Source: Candidatus Aenigmatarchaeota archaeon (lineage in GTDB: Archaea > Aenigmatarchaeota > Aenigmatarchaeia > QMZP01 > QMZT01). From it: a stretch of DNA of 64,000 bases. This document shows, in pieces, positions 60,559 through 64,000 of the stretch. The translations under genes were made by a program, and so were the position numbers. The stretch is from assembly GCA_016932735.1 (NCBI GenBank), contig JAFGCI010000001.1:35772-99771 (forward strand), given 5' to 3'. Numbering within the stretch: the stretch's first letter is position 1; each line of letters begins with the position of its first letter. The notes under the pieces were generated by a model that did not search any database, had not been told where the DNA came from, and worked only from the letters and a program-made list of their open reading frames with translations.

Positions 60559-61152
60559 TTCTTGCCTGCACTTATAAATTTAATGTAACTATAATGTTTA
60601 CAGCCCGTAAGGGCATTCACAGCAAAGCTGCTTTCAGAGTGGCCGTAACGTTTCGTCGGTCATGCGGCGCGATTGGAAAGATACCAAGTGTATCTCTATT
60701 GCGTCTTTTTCTCTGAATGCAGTTTGTTCATAATAACCAATTCATAAAGAACCTGGATCGTGATGCGCAAAAGGATCACGGTCCTGCGAGAAGGAAGGTA
60801 ATGATCTAATAGCGGATCCGTTAAAGGCTCAGGCCTTTGATGGTCATGCACATATCACAAACGTTCAAATCCCGTGTGCATCATATCGGACCAAGACTCT
60901 AAAACCGATTTGACTGCTTATGCAGTCTTTCCGGTGAAAGGTATGATGATGTGAACACCGTTTGAACCTCCTAATGATCGGCATAGGCAGATTCTCCTGA
61001 AATTGGAAAGACATAGAACTTTGCACTAAAGTGCAAGTCCTTGACAACGCCTGTAAACGGCTTGCCAAGGTCAAATCTATGTCGAACCGATACAAAATAT
61101 ATATGCGTTGGAAAATGCGCAGATGCAAATCTGTGCACTTCCGATGTAAGGA

Positions 61153-64000
61153 CTAAGCTACGCTGTGTGGTGGATGGCTTGGCTCAGGTACCGATGAAGG
61201 ACGTGGCAAGCTGCGATATGCTTGGGGTAGGCGCATGCAGCCCTCGAACCCAAGATCTCCTAATGGGACTTCCCAACTTCGGTTGTTCGCACATGCGAAC
61301 GGTGACGCGGTGGACTGAAACATCTTAGTAACCGCAGGAAAAGAAACCAATAGGTATTCCCTTAGTAAAGGCGATTGAAAAGGGAACAGGACAAACCGAA
61401 TCTCTTATGGTAACACAAGAGAGATGTGGGGTTTGGACTACGGCTATGCCTAACTCTCCAAGTTGAAGTGAGCTGGAATGCTCTGCGAAACAGGGTGATA
61501 GCCCCGTAAAGGTAAGAGAGAAGGTAGTTACGTGGTATCCAGAGTACTGCTGGTCGAATATCCAGTAGGAATACGGGAGTCAGACACTCCTAATCCTAAA
61601 TATAACCTGAGTCCGATAGCGCATTAGTACGGTGACGGAAAGCTGAAAAGTATCCGTAAAAGGAGCTGAAAAGAGCCTGAAACCATACAGTTATAGGTTG
61701 GCATGGCGAAGCGTAAGCTTTGTTATGCCGTCCGTTTCGAAACACGCGGCAAGGAGTTTATCTTCGTGGCGAGGATAACATTATGGTATCCACAGCGAAA
61801 GCAAAAATCCCGCAGCTTGCAAGGGGATTGGGTGTGAAAGCGCCCGAAGTCACGGGGATAATACCCGAAACCGGTCGATCTAGTCCTAGGCAGGGTGAAG
61901 TCAGGCGAAAGCCTGATGGAGGCTCGCTACCGCAGATGAGACACAAATCTCTCGGGTGACCTGGGACTAGGGGTGAAAATAGAGATCGACGGCTTGGATA
62001 AATAGAAATAAGCCGTCCTTCCTTTCGAGGCCAATCGAGATCGGTAATAGCTGGTTCCTCTCTAAATGAACTAAAGTTCAGCCTCGGCAGAGGCAGATAC
62101 AGGGGTATAGTTACTGATTGAGCAACCAAGGATAGAAATATCCAGTTGCTCTGTCAAACTCGGAATCTTGTATCGTCGTAGAAGCCGGGAGTGCGGATGC
62201 GGGGTAAGCTCGTTATCCAAGAGGGAAAGAACCCGGACTAAGGTTAAGGTCCCAAAATGTTGACTAAGTGAGAAAAGGCGTTGTTGTCCACAAACAACTG
62301 GGAAGTTGTCTTAGAAGCAGACACCTTTTAAAGAGTGCGTAATAGCTCACCAGTCTAGGTCAGCGGCCCTGAAAATGCACGGGACTAAGTCAACTACCGA
62401 TACCTTAGATGTCGAAAGACATAGAGTAGAGAGGTGATCCGATGGGGCAGAAGCTTCTTCGTAAGGAGGAGTGGACCTGTCGGTTATAAGAATCTTGCTA
62501 ATAGTAGCAGCGCAAGTGAGGTGAGAATCCTCACCATCTGAAGGGCTAGGGTTCCTCAGCAATGATTATCAACTGAGGGTTAGTCGATCCTAAGGCGTAC
62601 CCTAACCGGAGTACGCCGAAAGGGATGCAGGTTAATATTCCTGCACTGCACAAGTACACGCGGCGACGCAAGTTACATTCCTGATTCTTCGGGATATGCG
62701 GACCATGGAGACATGGCTAAAAGTTCAAGCCTGTGGAGTGTCGTAATGACGAGAAACAGGCGAATGCTTGAATGGCCCTCTACGAGGGTTCTGCAGACTT
62801 CTGGAGACATTGAAAAGGGAATGCATCGGATTTTGTGCATTCGTACCGAAAACCGTCACTGGTGCCCCTCGCTGAAAAGGCGAAGATGTATCGGGAGAAG
62901 TCAGTTTAGGGAATTCGGCAACATTGGCCCCGTAACTTCGGGAAAAGGGGTGCCTAGCATCCTATTTAAGATAGGGCTGTTAGGTCTCAGTAACAAGGGG
63001 GGTCCGACTGTTTAACAAAAACGTAGGGGAGTGCTAATCGGAAACGATGTGTATACTTCCTGAGGCCTGCCCAGTGCTGGTAAGTTAACCCGGGTTTCAA
63101 CTCGGTGAAGCTCCAGTAAACGGCGGCGGTAACTCTGACCGTCTTAAGGTAGCGTAATCCCTTGCCGATTAATTGTCGGCCTGCATGAATGGCTTAACGA
63201 GATCCCCGCTGTCCCGAACTGACGCCCGGCGAACTGAATTGTCCTGTGCATATTCAGGAGACTTCCAGTGGGACGAGAAGACCCCGTTGAACTTTACTGC
63301 AGTCTGTTGTTGTGGTATGATTGTGACCGCATAGCGTAGGTGGGAGCGTCGCACCAGCCCCTTCGGGGACTGGGAAGGCACCAATGTAACACCACCCTTT
63401 CGCTGTCATATCGCTTACCCCTTCGGGGGGACACCGGCAGATGGGCAGTTTAACTGGGGCGGTATGCCTCTGAAAAAGTATCAGAGGCGCTCTAAGGTCG
63501 ACTCATTCGGGTCGGAAATCCGAAGAAGAGTGTAAGGGCATAAGTCGGCCTGATAGTATCCTGTGCAATAAAGGATGCTAACGCGAAAGCGCGACCTAGC
63601 GATCCGCTGTGCCTCATTTCTGGAGGCCAGCTCTGACAGAAAAGCTACCACGGGGATAATGGAGTCGTGGCAGGTGAGAGTTCATATCGACCCTGCGCGT
63701 TGCTTCTCCGCCGTCGGCTCGGCTCCTCCTGGGCGTGCAGCAGCGCCCAAGGGTGGGGGTGTTCACCCATCAAAGAGTCACGTTAGCTGGGTTAAGTACG
63801 GTGCGAGCCAGTACGGTCTATATCTACTGGAAGTGTTGGTTGTCTGAAGGGAAAGCGCGTTTAGTACGAAAGGAACAGCGCGTTGTGGCCACTGGTGGAT
63901 CAGTTGTGAAAGCATTGCTGAGTAGCTACGCCATCGCGGATAAGGGCTGAAAGCATCTAAGCCTGAAGCCGCTCCTGAAAAGAGACAGCCATAGCTCTAT
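61153..64000 (+). rRNA. rrl: 23S rRNA, 3'-truncated by window edge (contains 50-nt intron); 5' end approximate
   Basis: GGTGGATGGCTTGGCT, CCGATAGCGCATTAGTAC, CTTAAGGTAGCG, AGTACGAAAGGA sarcin-ricin loop, GCTGAAAGCATCTAAG. Confidence 0.96.
61980..62029 (+). other. BHB intron in 23S rRNA (approx. E. coli 784/785)
   Basis: TGAA/TTCG helix, bulges AAT and AGG, flanking pairs AG/CT and GG/CC; removal gives GGGGTGAAAAGCCAATC. Confidence 0.85.

Noticed and set aside
60847..60881. GTTCAAATCCC T-arm-like motif in the ITS (split tRNA half?)
   Set aside because: No T-stem or acceptor pairing; it sits in an ATGCACA/TGTGCAT stem typical of archaeal rRNA spacers

Overview
Archaeal chromosomal window, probably from a DPANN-type lineage. 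This is an inference from the divergent 16S, archaeal ribosomal proteins (L15e, L31e, L39e, S19e, S3Ae), eIF6, RadB, TATA promoters and GGTGA/GGAGG SD sites. Ordinary content includes a PadR-led ABC exporter operon, a Fur/PerR oxidative-stress cluster, a DpnI-like/adenine-MTase pair, glycolysis/glycogen genes, translation genes and a 16S-tRNA(Ala)-23S operon that runs off the right end. Two things stand out. (1) Every stable RNA gene carries bulge-helix-bulge (BHB) introns: 9 introns in 4 tRNAs plus one 50-nt intron each in 16S and 23S. These include a tRNA-Lys(UUU) cut by FOUR introns with a 7-nt anticodon micro-exon, a 59/60 T-loop intron in all four tRNAs, and a 30-nt hairpin shared by a tRNA intron and the 23S intron with a compensatory base-pair change. 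The tRNA-Leu also has an AAG (A34) anticodon. (2) A ~9.3-kb divergent cluster (41730-51040) encodes membrane-anchored, mostly class III (type IV pilin-like) signal-peptide proteins. It includes a lytic transglycosylase, an M23 endopeptidase and a 1483-aa protein with Gly-rich hydrophobic segments, making it a candidate pilus-borne apparatus for breaching bacterial cell walls. All calls are by-eye motif and structure recognition; no database searches were run.
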